Shown in pieces: positions 37,957 through 47,826 of a stretch of 64,000 nt of DNA (the stretch's first letter is position 1; each line of letters begins with the position of its first letter). The stretch covers positions 3,925-67,924 of the IMG/VR virus record IMGVR_UViG_3300017492_000173; one strand, given 5' to 3'. The notes under the pieces are model-generated. The model was not told the DNA's origin. It worked only from the letters and a program-made list of their open reading frames with translations, and did no database searches. The translations under genes were made by a program, and so were the position numbers. The DNA is from a virus (taxonomy: Duplodnaviria > Caudoviricetes).

Positions 37957-39066
37957 TCAGAGCGTTTGCGTCGGTGTTTGCTGCATCGACAAGGTTATCT
38001 CGTAATCCGTCAGCCGCAAGTCTGCGGCCATCTTCGTTGTTCCTGCGTCAAGGCTGACGGGCTGCCATAGCTCGTTGCCGTCAAAGTCCTTGCCAATATA
38101 CATCTCGATATAGGGCGACTTGTAGATTGTCTCGACATAAGCGAGGATTTCATCTGGCAGGTTGGTGGCGCAGCAAGTTATGGTGTCCGTGTTCTCCACC
38201 GTGAGATAGCGTGACGCTCTGTAATAAACGCCGTTATGCGAGAACTCCGCGTCAACTTCCGTGCTGCTCATCTTGTTCTTGCTTTGCCTCTCGCCTTTCA
38301 CGAAAAGGTAATACTGCCAGAAGCCGTACTGGTCTATCCAGCGGAGGTATATGCCCGCCGTGTCCTCGCAGACTGTCAGCCTCACTATGTAGGCGAGCTG
38401 CGAAAGCTCCTCAAACACGATGTCAAAGTTCGCGTCAAAGGCGTTGCTTGTGGCGTCCTTTCTCATCACCACGAAAACAAGCTCCTTTTTGGCACTCGGA
38501 CATACAGTGTTAACATCATACTCAATGATGCCCACATCGTCATCGGTCGTGTCAATATCAATCTTGTTTTGGCTGTCATAGACCGCATACATCTGATGCT
38601 CGTTAGACTCGCGGAACAGCGACACCTTGAAAGGGAAATTCTTGAACCACACGACCCTCCTCTCCTGCCTTGGCTCGGAAGCGCGTCCATAGGCGAACGG
38701 AAGATAATAACCATAGCGTTTGCCAAGTTCCAGTGCGCCCCACACCACGAGGAAATCGGCGGTTGCCAATGCCTCGTCATTTTCCGTGCTGACTGTAAGG
38801 GTAACCGATTCTGACCGTGTGGCGACATAATCATCGAAGAGGACTTGCAGTATCTTTGATATGTAGCATTTCGCCGAGCCTTGATACAAAGCCACCTCAA
38901 TGGTATACTTCGTCTCGCCATAGCTTACGGAGAGCTGCAACGCCGCAACACCCTCTTCAACGCTTATCTCAATATAGTTCGGGTTAAACGCATAAACCAC
39001 ATGGTCGGGAATCACGACCATTCCCGATATACCCAAAGTGTCGTTGTCTATTTCAATCTTCCGCAT
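37957..39066 (-). CDS. Distal-tail-like structural protein (putative)
   Basis: 369 aa upstream of the tail tip gene; YLRWIDQYGFWQYYLF motif. Confidence 0.55.
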   Translation of the reverse strand: MRKIEIDNDTLGISGMVVIPDHVVYAFNPNYIEISVEEGVAALQLSVSYGETKYTIEVALYQGSAKCYISKILQVLFDDYVATRSESVTLTVSTENDEALATADFLVVWGALELGKRYGYYLPFAYGRASEPRQERRVVWFKNFPFKVSLFRESNEHQMYAVYDSQNKIDIDTTDDDVGIIEYDVNTVCPSAKKELVFVVMRKDATSNAFDANFDIVFEELSQLAYIVRLTVCEDTAGIYLRWIDQYGFWQYYLFVKGERQSKNKMSSTEVDAEFSHNGVYYRASRYLTVENTDTITCCATNLPDEILAYVETIYKSPYIEMYIGKDFDGNELWQPVSLDAGTTKMAADLRLTDYEITLSMQQTPTQTL

Positions 39067-39550
39067 CGTCTTTATCGTTTATTTCGTCCACTTTCATCTC
39101 GAACAGCCCCATGGTCTCATCCGACATCTTCTCCACTTCCTCCTCTACAAGAGAGTCGTATATGTCGTTATATCCTTTGTCCCTGTATAGTTTGGTGCCT
39201 TTCTGCATAATGCTCCTCGCTATAAGGTAACTTAGGCTGTTCAGCCTTGTATCGGGAGAAGCCTTTGGCGAGCCTACACCGCTGTAGCTGATGCCTTTGC
39301 GCACTATCCAATCCTTTATGACCGACGTAAAATCGCGAGGCACACCGCCTGGTCCTCTTCCTTGTTGCATGACCGCCCAGTTGGGAGAGCCGAGGATTGT
39401 GCCTGTGACATTCTCTCCCTCCGTCACCTCGACCTCAAGCGAAGCGACAGAACGCCCTGATGCGGAACGGTGCAGACGGGTCATATTCATGGCCATACCC
39501 GCCTGCACCACTTTCAAATGGCTGAGAATAATATCCTTCACGGTCTCCAT
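39053..39550 (-). CDS. Neck/tail completion-like protein (second copy of this functional class)
   Basis: ASGRSVASL...GRGPG..P..F...IKDWIVRKGI; position. Confidence 0.5.
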   Translation of the reverse strand: METVKDIILSHLKVVQAGMAMNMTRLHRSASGRSVASLEVEVTEGENVTGTILGSPNWAVMQQGRGPGGVPRDFTSVIKDWIVRKGISYSGVGSPKASPDTRLNSLSYLIARSIMQKGTKLYRDKGYNDIYDSLVEEEVEKMSDETMGLFEMKVDEINDKDDAED

Positions 39551-39555
39551 TCTTG

Positions 39556-40062
39556 CTATTCCGTTTCTTCATCAGTTATCTCATCCTCTGTACGCACCTC
39601 GTCCTCGCATATTATCACGCCTTCCTCCTCTATGAGCGGCGGCGTGATGACAATGCCTGTCACGTTGTGGTCAAGATGGTCGTACAACACCCTATAGTCT
39701 ATGTTCCCCTCTATTGTTTCGAACAGCCCGCTTGCGTTGAGAGCCTTCACGAACCTTATGCAGAGCCTTTTCATCCGCTCGATGATGTCATCGTTGTCCT
39801 CCCCGTCAAAGTCGAACTCCGTGGATGCGAGAAACGCTATCTGGCTTAACGGCTTGTCCTTGACACGCGCCCATCCGAAATCAAGCACACCGGACGGAGG
39901 CAGTATGTACACGACCGTGGGCTTCACAATATCGTCTATGGCGACATTCGCTTGCGCCCAGTTCATGAAAAGGTATTCCACATCCGCATCCATGCTTTCA
40001 ACGATGGAGCGTATCTTCTTCTCCACCGTTCCGTGCTTCTCTATGTTCTTCAGCGTTGCCAT
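39556..40062 (-). CDS. Tail terminator-like structural protein (putative)
   Basis: 168 aa; synteny only. Confidence 0.4.
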   Translation of the reverse strand: MATLKNIEKHGTVEKKIRSIVESMDADVEYLFMNWAQANVAIDDIVKPTVVYILPPSGVLDFGWARVKDKPLSQIAFLASTEFDFDGEDNDDIIERMKRLCIRFVKALNASGLFETIEGNIDYRVLYDHLDHNVTGIVITPPLIEEEGVIICEDEVRTEDEITDEETE

Positions 40063-40508
40063 TACTTTATGCCGTTATAATATTTGCCTGCCTTGCAGGT
40101 CAGTTTCTGTCTTCTGTTGCGTGGTCCATAGCTGACATGAATCCAGTCTGGATGACCTTTGCCGTCAACGTATTCGCTGACGAGCTGGTCGAAAGGCAGT
40201 CCCAAGTCTATCAAGCAGTGCAGCAGTTTGTAGTTGTCTTCGGGATTGTCAGACACCGTCCTGATGTCAGCCGCCTGCCCCATACAGTGCTGGCTTGACG
40301 CTGCGCCGCCAATGGCCTTGTTCAGCTTCTCGCTTCGGAAACCGCTCGTTATGATAATGGGTGCTCCCCATCCCTCACGCAAAGGGTCAAGAATGTTCTC
40401 CACCAATTCTTTCAAGCAGGCGCATTGCTCCCTGTTCGGAACATTATTTATTCCGAGCCGTCTTGCCGTAGCGCTCTTCAGAAGCTCATTCATGGTAAAA
40501 TACTTCAT
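40062..40508 (-). CDS. Peptidase M15-family endolysin
   Basis: ITSGFRSEKLNKAIGGAASSQHCMGQAADI...WIHVSY zinc peptidase motifs. Confidence 0.9.
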   Translation of the reverse strand: MKYFTMNELLKSATARRLGINNVPNREQCACLKELVENILDPLREGWGAPIIITSGFRSEKLNKAIGGAASSQHCMGQAADIRTVSDNPEDNYKLLHCLIDLGLPFDQLVSEYVDGKGHPDWIHVSYGPRNRRQKLTCKAGKYYNGIK

Positions 40509-40509
40509 G

Positions 40510-41100
40510 TCATTTCTTGTTTTTGGGTCTGTATTGCTGCGAGAGCTTCCTCTCGTAATCGTTGCGCAGACAGTCGTTCTTCATGCACTGGAAGATGCGC
40601 ACCCACGCCACGGAACGCACCTCGTTCTGGTTCGTTATGCCCATGCGCCTCGCATACCAGTCGAGGATGCCGAAACTGCCGAAATCCAAGTCGCGGACAC
40701 CCGCCGCAATCTCCTCCTTAGAGTAGTGCACCTTCACGCTCTTGAATATCTCGTTTATGCGCCGCAGCTCTGTCGTTATGAAATTGGCGAAGCCGAAAAC
40801 GCTGTTGACATCCTCTTTTAGGAAGTCCGCATATCCCACTCCCAGCAGTATCTCCGCACATGCGAAAGCGGGGTCATCGCCTTTCGTCGCGTTGCTCAAG
40901 TCATCAAGCGCACCGTATGAAAGAGTGTTCAGGTCTTTCGGGACATCCTTTCCACACAATGTATCCGGACGCGGCTGTTCGTGAAGTCTTCCCAGCAAGT
41001 CATCCTGCACGGCTTTGTCACTGTACCCTATGAGCAAGAGGAAATCCTTATACGGACAGGCATCACGGAACGCTGTCCGTTTCCTGTGTCTCTTTCCCAT
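40510..41100 (-). CDS. Hypothetical protein, possible tail assembly chaperone
   Basis: 196 aa. FGILDWYARRMGITNQNEVRSVAWVRIFQCM resembles chaperone C-termini. Confidence 0.45.
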   Translation of the reverse strand: MGKRHRKRTAFRDACPYKDFLLLIGYSDKAVQDDLLGRLHEQPRPDTLCGKDVPKDLNTLSYGALDDLSNATKGDDPAFACAEILLGVGYADFLKEDVNSVFGFANFITTELRRINEIFKSVKVHYSKEEIAAGVRDLDFGSFGILDWYARRMGITNQNEVRSVAWVRIFQCMKNDCLRNDYERKLSQQYRPKNKK

Positions 41101-41175
41101 TGTAAAATTAGCTTTATTTGAATGGTTCTCGTCTTATTCGCATACTGTCTTACTGAACACAGATGTTCAGCAAAC

Positions 41176-41439
41176 TCAAGATACGCCACCTCTCTGGGTC
41201 TTTTCTTCCTTGACTTTTTCTTTCGCCTCCATATAGTCTGAATGGAACATGAAGTCTTTTTTCGGAACGAGGGCGAGGTGAAGGTACTCAATCAGTTTCT
41301 CTATGTACTGGTATTTCAGCCCTCTCTGCCCATTTAGGAAAGAGGACAGGCTCGTCGGCAGTACGCCGCACTCCGTCGCCACACTCCTCACTTTCAGCTC
41401 TCTCCTGCCGATTTCCATCTTTATCTTCTCTCTGAACAT
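41176..41439 (-). CDS. XRE-type HTH protein
   Basis: VRSVATECGVLPTSLSSFLNGQRGL. Confidence 0.7.
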   Translation of the reverse strand: MFREKIKMEIGRRELKVRSVATECGVLPTSLSSFLNGQRGLKYQYIEKLIEYLHLALVPKKDFMFHSDYMEAKEKVKEEKTQRGGVS

Positions 41440-41453
41440 ATCCGTCTCTTTTT

Positions 41454-41657
41454 TTATTGTTGTTCGTCTTTCCTCACGAGGCGCAAGCCGAGATACATGC
41501 ACAGCTTTTCCAAGTCCTCGAAAGGAATAGTCCTTTTGCCTTTCAGATAAGCGGAGAAATTGGACTCCGCGATTCCCAAGTCATTGCAGACAGCCCTGCT
41601 TCTGACTCCTAACTCTTTCATCCTTAGGATGATTTTCTCCCTAATTGTTATTGCCAT
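41454..41657 (-). CDS. XRE-type HTH protein
   Basis: RAVCNDLGIAESNFSAYLKGKRTIPFEDLEKLC. Confidence 0.8.
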   Translation of the reverse strand: MAITIREKIILRMKELGVRSRAVCNDLGIAESNFSAYLKGKRTIPFEDLEKLCMYLGLRLVRKDEQQ

Positions 41658-41672
41658 ATTTCTTATGTTCGT

Positions 41673-43031
41673 TTAATCTTCGTTGCTTCTGATTTGCACC
41701 TTCACTTGCGGACCTGTCGTCGCCTTGCCCCTGCGGAAATACATCGACATCATCAATGCGTCTATGTAGTCGGGCGAATGTCCGAGTATCGCTTTCATGA
41801 CCTCCTTTTTGATGATGGACTTCTTTCCTGTGTCATTGTCAATGGAAGCTTGCTTCAACGCGCCCAGCTCATCTTGTATCCGCTCCCTCTGTTCCGCTGT
41901 GCAGACAATCCGTATCTTACGGTTGTTAATCATTTCCGCAAGCTTGAAGTAGCACTCAGCCCGCAGGTTCTGGTAACGTGGGTCTTTGGGCGTAGCCCCT
42001 CCATGGAACTCCTTTATGCCGTTGAGGTAGCTTTCAAGGAAAGACCCTATGCCGTCAGCGTCGACTATTGTCAGCGAGCGCGGTATCTTCTCCCTTATCA
42101 TCAGCTCCTTCAACGTCTTCTCAACCTCACTGCCCGGAGAGTACTCCATATCCACAGCTATGGTCGCCACGTTCCCTTGCCATGTCACCGCCACGAAACG
42201 GTCGTGTCCTTTGCCCGCTATGTCGGCGGAACAGCTTCTCCCTCCTGTCGGCAGGACATGCTCGTTGTGGAACACATCGCTTATGGCGTCGAAGTCACAG
42301 AGCGTCGCAGGGTCGTCATCATACTCGAAATTGCCGAAGTAGAGACGTTGCACCGTTATGCGGTCAGCACGGAGCAGATTCTCTATATACGCCCTGTCCA
42401 CATGGGGATTGTCCTCCGGCAGAGACTTTATGAACCTGCGGTACGGCTTTATCGTGCCGTTCTTGGCTGGCTTCACGAAATCGTTGTATATCCAGTTCCG
42501 CCTTGGGTTGCAAGTGTACAAGGCTTTCGGTATCGTGTGCCATGACGTGCCGTCTGCCCTTTTCCCATTCAACAAGGAGAAGCGTCCCTTGCACACCGAA
42601 ATGGCTTTCTCGCTCACCTGCTGCGCCTCGTCCACGAACAAGTCCGTTATGCCTAATGAGCCGAGACGGTCAAATTCAGGGTCTCTCGGCATAAACTTCA
42701 AGTCTCTAAAGTATATCACGCTCCCATTGTTGAACGTGGCGATAAGCCGGGAAGCATTGTATTCCACGGCAGATGTGTAATGGAGCATTGACAGCACCTC
42801 GAAGAATGTCACGATGGTAGTGTCTTTCATCTTGACGCTCTCCTCACGGCACACAAGCCCGACAGACCCGGGCATGTTTATCCTCCTCAAAATCTGCCAC
42901 AGGCATCCGAGGAACGACTTGCCTCCACGTGCGCCGCCACCGTACAAGACCTCCGACACCTCCTCGTTGTCTTCGGAGAGGTATTCCAAGGCTCTTGCCT
43001 GCTTGTCAAAAATCTCGACCGTGACTTCCAC
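41673..43031 (-). CDS. Terminase large subunit
   Basis: LYGGGARGGKS (Walker A), FVDEAQQ (Walker B), TCNP, nuclease SADIAGKGHD and HSPDYIDALMM. Confidence 0.92.
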   Translation of the reverse strand: MEVTVEIFDKQARALEYLSEDNEEVSEVLYGGGARGGKSFLGCLWQILRRINMPGSVGLVCREESVKMKDTTIVTFFEVLSMLHYTSAVEYNASRLIATFNNGSVIYFRDLKFMPRDPEFDRLGSLGITDLFVDEAQQVSEKAISVCKGRFSLLNGKRADGTSWHTIPKALYTCNPRRNWIYNDFVKPAKNGTIKPYRRFIKSLPEDNPHVDRAYIENLLRADRITVQRLYFGNFEYDDDPATLCDFDAISDVFHNEHVLPTGGRSCSADIAGKGHDRFVAVTWQGNVATIAVDMEYSPGSEVEKTLKELMIREKIPRSLTIVDADGIGSFLESYLNGIKEFHGGATPKDPRYQNLRAECYFKLAEMINNRKIRIVCTAEQRERIQDELGALKQASIDNDTGKKSIIKKEVMKAILGHSPDYIDALMMSMYFRRGKATTGPQVKVQIRSNED

Positions 43032-43094
43032 ACTTTGCTGCTCCTTTTGCGACCGTTAAATTTGTAAACACCGTCATCCTCTGTCCGTTGGCTT

Positions 43095-44774
43095 TCAACC
43101 GGCTTTCAGAGACTCCGACATGCGCTTTATTATAGTTTCTTTCGTGTCATCCACCGCTCCCGTGATGATTGATGATGTTGAACGCTCTTTCTGAATGATG
43201 TCATACATCCTCTCATCGAATGTGTCCTTGCCCAGCAGATAGACACACGTTACGGAGTTCTTTTGTCCGTTCCTGTGCGCCCTGCACTCACATTGGTCGC
43301 AGTCTGCGGCAGTCCACGGCATTTCAACGAAGAGGACATCGGTTGCGGCGGTCAAGGTAATCCCGACGCCTCCGCTCTGTATGTTGACAATGATGACGTT
43401 GCAGCCCTTCTCGTTTTGGAAGCGGTCTACTGCTTTTTGCTTCTGCTCCGGGCTGTCCGAGCCTGTCACCGTCGCGCTCCCCTTGAACTTGGAATGCAGC
43501 CTTGACGCAATGTTCTTGTGCGCGGTGAACACTATGACTTTTTTCTCTGCGGAGATATAGTCGTTGATCAGGTTCTTCGCCTCTTCCAGTTTACCCTCTG
43601 CCGATATTTGCCGCAGTACGCCGATTTTTATTATCGCCTCATTCATGGCTGCGGTCTTCAGCTTCTCGTCCGAAGTGCTTTTGTAACGTTTGAGATAGCT
43701 TATGAGGTCAGCCTCCGCGGCATCATATTCCTTGCGGTTTGTCAGCTCGCAGGAGTAGAACTGCCTCACTTTCTCGGGCAACTCTTTCAACACGAGCGAT
43801 TTCTCCCTGCGGAAGTAGCAGGTTCGCCACAGCAGTGAGTTCAAGACCCCAAGCTCCTCGTCCGACACGCCGGACGTGCAGAACCTCTTCACAAAGCTCG
43901 CCGTTCCCCCGAAGTCATCCATGCGCCCCATGATTTTCAGTTGCTGCACCAAGTCCCTCACTCTCGTTACGACTGGAGTGCCAGTCAGCATGAACACATA
44001 CTCCTTGTCCCTGCATATCGCCTCCAGATACTTGGAGTAGTGGCAGGTGGAGTTCTTCACCCTGTGGCTCTCGTCAATCACGACAGCCTTGAATATCGCG
44101 GTCCTGCGGTCAAGCACGAGGCTCCTGACAGTGACGCGCTTCCCTCTTACCTTGCGGATGAAGTATTTCTTCACGCTCTCGTAGTTCGTGATGAACACGT
44201 TGCATGTCCCTGTCTCGAACATCCTCTGCCAACTATCCTTGTTGGCGTTGTCAAGTATCACCGCATTCTTGCCGATGAACTTCATGAACTCCCGCTTCCA
44301 CGTCATCTTCATTGCGGCAGGGCACACCACGAGGCACGGATAGGCTCTTGCGATGCTTACGGCGGCGATGGTCTCTGCGGTCTTGCCCAGCCCCATGTCA
44401 TCGCCGTTGAACGTGCGCTTGTGTTCCACCATGTACTGAATGCCTTTCTTTTGGTAATCGTATGGTTCGAGCTTCATCTTGTATGGATGCGTGAGGTCGG
44501 GCATATGCTCCGCCCACACGTTGATGTCAGTCATTCCGTCTTGGTATATCACCTCATTGGCGATGCCACGGTAGCTGAAGTATTCTCCGAGCTGGTTGAC
44601 GAAGAGAGCGTCAGACAGAGGGACGTCCCAACACTTGTCTGTCGCGTTATACGCTGCGGACGGCACTTTCCTTATGAAATGCAGCACCGCCGGGCTGTTG
44701 TCCGACATTATTTTGTAGCATTGTCGCGTCCGGCATATGTAAACGTTACTGCTCATTGTCCTTGCGTGGCGCAC
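43095..44774 (-). CDS. SNF2-family helicase/ATPase
   Basis: GDDMGLGKT, VIDESHR, LTGTP, GGVGITLTAA and QCECRAHRNGQ motifs. Confidence 0.92.
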   Translation of the reverse strand: MRHARTMSSNVYICRTRQCYKIMSDNSPAVLHFIRKVPSAAYNATDKCWDVPLSDALFVNQLGEYFSYRGIANEVIYQDGMTDINVWAEHMPDLTHPYKMKLEPYDYQKKGIQYMVEHKRTFNGDDMGLGKTAETIAAVSIARAYPCLVVCPAAMKMTWKREFMKFIGKNAVILDNANKDSWQRMFETGTCNVFITNYESVKKYFIRKVRGKRVTVRSLVLDRRTAIFKAVVIDESHRVKNSTCHYSKYLEAICRDKEYVFMLTGTPVVTRVRDLVQQLKIMGRMDDFGGTASFVKRFCTSGVSDEELGVLNSLLWRTCYFRREKSLVLKELPEKVRQFYSCELTNRKEYDAAEADLISYLKRYKSTSDEKLKTAAMNEAIIKIGVLRQISAEGKLEEAKNLINDYISAEKKVIVFTAHKNIASRLHSKFKGSATVTGSDSPEQKQKAVDRFQNEKGCNVIIVNIQSGGVGITLTAATDVLFVEMPWTAADCDQCECRAHRNGQKNSVTCVYLLGKDTFDERMYDIIQKERSTSSIITGAVDDTKETIIKRMSESLKAG

Positions 44775-45144
44775 ATACTATGTTGATTGACGTCGGCAAT
44801 GGGTTCTCGATGTTCACGCTCGTCCTTTCCCCGAAGCCCTCGTCGCGTCCGAGCGTGGAAAGCAGGTAGCGGAGCATGTTCGCGTCCGGCTTCTCCACCC
44901 AGCCCTCCATCGTTCCCGTCTGCTTGTCTATCTTCGGCACTCCCATGGCCACAGCATAGGCGACATCAAGGCACTTGTCGAACACTCTCTTGCGCTCGTC
45001 CGTCAGCACCTCTTGAAACTCCGGGTCTGATTTCGTCCAGCCCCATACCGTCTGGCGCGTGACGTTTATCATCCTCGCCGCATTTGTGAGGTTGCCGCCA
45101 GACTTACGCATCAGCTCTCTAAACTCATCTAATGAAGGCTTCAT
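44746..45144 (-). CDS. Terminase small subunit (putative)
   Basis: N-terminal HTH GGNLTNAARMINVTRQTVWGW plus MLRYLLSTLGRDEGFGE; near terL. Confidence 0.65.
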   Translation of the reverse strand: MKPSLDEFRELMRKSGGNLTNAARMINVTRQTVWGWTKSDPEFQEVLTDERKRVFDKCLDVAYAVAMGVPKIDKQTGTMEGWVEKPDANMLRYLLSTLGRDEGFGERTSVNIENPLPTSINIVCAPRKDNEQ

Positions 45145-45156
45145 GTCTTTTGTTTT

Positions 45157-45612
45157 TTAGAATAATGTTGGCTGCGGCGGCAGCTGGTATGCGCCTTCCT
45201 TGGCTATCATGTTGGCGAACCACCAGTTCCTACATGTGTTGAACAGCTGGTTCCGCGACTGTGGCAGAGTCCAGTCTATGTAATCCTTTGTTATCGGGAG
45301 CTGGCGCGCATTCGTTATGTGGCACTTGATGAACTCGTTGTCAAGGATTATCTCCGAGCCAGGACTCTCCGCGAACGCAAGGTGCAGGTTCTTCACCCAT
45401 GTGAAGTTCTGCTCCACGCCGCAAAGGTAGTACCATCTCACGCCTTCCTCCAGTTTCAGGTCTTGCAGCCACCTCATGTAGCCGCGCACCCGTTTGTCGT
45501 TGTGTCCGAGAAGAGACCTCATGCAGTGGTTCGACAGGTCAACGCCGTATATGTAGCGCAGCCACAGAATCTTGTAGGTCTCCTTCATCTTCGCATATTT
45601 TATCTCTACCAT
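45157..45612 (-). CDS. Hypothetical protein
   Basis: 151 aa, Trp/Cys/His-rich; promoter at 45646-45653. Confidence 0.7.
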   Translation of the reverse strand: MVEIKYAKMKETYKILWLRYIYGVDLSNHCMRSLLGHNDKRVRGYMRWLQDLKLEEGVRWYYLCGVEQNFTWVKNLHLAFAESPGSEIILDNEFIKCHITNARQLPITKDYIDWTLPQSRNQLFNTCRNWWFANMIAKEGAYQLPPQPTLF

Positions 45613-45714
45613 CTTGCTTGTCTGGATTGATTATCAATTATACCGCAAAGATAATCATTTTTAATCATATCGGCAAATATATGAAATGAATTTTTATCGT
45701 GTCGGCAATTTCTA

Positions 45715-47079
45715 TTATTTCAGACCATATAAAGCCTTGACCTCGTCTTGGCGGTTGTATGACTTGTTGTTCGGCAGCTTTAGATTGAATTCATAATCCA
45801 CTGCCCATCGGTATTCCTCGTCTGATAGCTCCTTTGTCTTGAATGCTCCGAAGCCCCAGTAGCCGCCTTTGTGGTAGCGCATGAATGTCTGGAAACCGAA
45901 GCGCTCGATTATCTTATCTACGTTCTCTTGGGTGAGGAACTTTTGGAAGAACCACTGTCCCTCGCGCATTATGGACGTCAGTCCGTTCTCGTCAAAGAAC
46001 TTCACTGTGATGTAGTCTGAAGAGTTGCGTTTGAGGTTAAGCTCCTTCTTCGCATATTCCATGGACCGCCCCGACGCATAGATGCGCCCTCCCATCTTTG
46101 TGAACAGGTTGAGGCACATGAACACCGCGTCTTCCGCTTCCTGCGTGTTCACGGAGTTCACCACCGCGTCGCAGATGGTCACATCGAACTTGCCGTTGGC
46201 TTTCACCGTGGCGATGAAGTGGTCTATCATCTCGTGGCCCTTCTCAATGGAAATCCCCTTCGTGTTGTGGTTGAAGAACTCCAGCCCTATGGCGTTCTTG
46301 AAATTGAGCTGCTTGCGGAGCTTTGTGATGAACATCGCCTTTCCGCAGCCAAAGTCAAGAATATGGATTTTCTTTCGGTCAACCTCATCGCTTGTAAGAT
46401 ACGGAACTATTTCCCTGTAAAGGACAGACCAGTCTATGCCCCCATGACGAGGCGGCTGCGCCAGACCCTGCACAAAGTCCTCACGTTCAATGTGCTCATA
46501 GTTGAACACGCCGTAGTCCTGCTTGAAGTAATAGTCGAACATCTGCCGATACTCCTCTCCGAGGAAGTATGCGTGAACCTTAAACCCCGTCGCTTTTGCC
46601 GCCTGCAGGTAGTTATTGCCGAATACCACCTCGTCCCCGATGACAATGGCGCAAAGAGCGTCGCCATAACGAACCATGAGCTGGCACATGTCCTTCACGA
46701 CAGACGCAACGCTGTCCTTGATGTCGAAGTCCTCAATGGGAATGTCATCATAGAAAGTGCCTGTTGGTCTTGGCTTTAGGCAAACGCTATGCTCCTTCGG
46801 CTCAAGCTCAACGCCATTGTGTATCTGGTTGAACATCACTTCCGACTCTATGTCTATGCCGCTGACATAGTAGCATGGGGCTTCCTCCAGCCCGATGGCG
46901 GTCGCTGCTTTGGTGCGCTGGTGGCCAGCCACTATCGTCATGTTGTCCTTGTTCACGATTATCGGCAGTATGAAGCCCAACGTCTTGAGACTGCCCTGCA
47001 GCTCCTTGAACGCTGCCTCGCTTATTCTTCTCGGATTGTATGACGCGGGCTTGATGTCTTTGAATTTTACGATTTCCAT
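45715..47079 (-). CDS. ParB/Srx-like domain(s) fused to a class I SAM-dependent transferase
   Basis: PASYNPRRI...IVAGHQR (ParB-like); ILDFGCGK (SAM motif I); strand-4 motif DAVVNSV in place of [DNS]PP[YF]. Confidence 0.8.
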   Translation of the reverse strand: MEIVKFKDIKPASYNPRRISEAAFKELQGSLKTLGFILPIIVNKDNMTIVAGHQRTKAATAIGLEEAPCYYVSGIDIESEVMFNQIHNGVELEPKEHSVCLKPRPTGTFYDDIPIEDFDIKDSVASVVKDMCQLMVRYGDALCAIVIGDEVVFGNNYLQAAKATGFKVHAYFLGEEYRQMFDYYFKQDYGVFNYEHIEREDFVQGLAQPPRHGGIDWSVLYREIVPYLTSDEVDRKKIHILDFGCGKAMFITKLRKQLNFKNAIGLEFFNHNTKGISIEKGHEMIDHFIATVKANGKFDVTICDAVVNSVNTQEAEDAVFMCLNLFTKMGGRIYASGRSMEYAKKELNLKRNSSDYITVKFFDENGLTSIMREGQWFFQKFLTQENVDKIIERFGFQTFMRYHKGGYWGFGAFKTKELSDEEYRWAVDYEFNLKLPNNKSYNRQDEVKALYGLK

Positions 47080-47092
47080 ATCTTATGTATTT

Positions 47093-47812
47093 TTATATTG
47101 GCAGCTCGTCCTCTGGGGCTTGTTCCACAATGGTTTCCACCCGCATCCCCTTCGCTTCAAGCAAAGACTTGACAAATCCGTAGTTCACACCCATTTGGTC
47201 GATGTAGTCATTGTAACGTTTGACAAGCACATCGTACTCCTCCTTTGTCGTTGAGCAGACGTTCTTCCCAAAAGTCAGCATATTGCACTTGATGGGTGTC
47301 GCCCCCTTTATCTTGGTCACCACATTCTCGTCCTCGTCAGGATTATAGAAAATGCTCTCGTCCATGCCGAAATTTATGAGGTTCACATCATCGTACAAGT
47401 GAAGCAGCTTGTCATAATCGAACTCCCCGTATTCTTGGTTGTCCTTGATGACAAGCTCTTTCTCCTCTTCCTCCGACAAATCCACCACGGTGACATCTGC
47501 CGTCGGATTCGCGGTCCACTCTTTCCAGTAGTCCACGACCTTCTCCCTCTGCGTCTCGGTCATTGACTGCCATTTCTCGTTCTCTTGGAGCACCACCATC
47601 CAGTCTATGGATGTTGTGTTGACTATTTCCTTTAGAACCGCAGTACGTTGGTTGCCTGCAAGGACAACGTTCTTCTTGTTCACGATGATGTCACGCACTC
47701 CGAGCATCTTTGGGAATAGCATGATGCTCTGCTGGAGTCTCAGTTTCTGTTCCGACGTGATTTTCCGTGGATTAATGGGGTTTATAACCAAATCAACAAT
47801 ATTCCTTTTCAT
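47093..47812 (-). CDS. ParB/Srx-like protein
   Basis: INPINPRKI, VLAGNQR, KDNQEYGE. Confidence 0.75.
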   Translation of the reverse strand: MKRNIVDLVINPINPRKITSEQKLRLQQSIMLFPKMLGVRDIIVNKKNVVLAGNQRTAVLKEIVNTTSIDWMVVLQENEKWQSMTETQREKVVDYWKEWTANPTADVTVVDLSEEEEKELVIKDNQEYGEFDYDKLLHLYDDVNLINFGMDESIFYNPDEDENVVTKIKGATPIKCNMLTFGKNVCSTTKEEYDVLVKRYNDYIDQMGVNYGFVKSLLEAKGMRVETIVEQAPEDELPI

Positions 47813-47826
47813 GCTATGTCTGTCTT

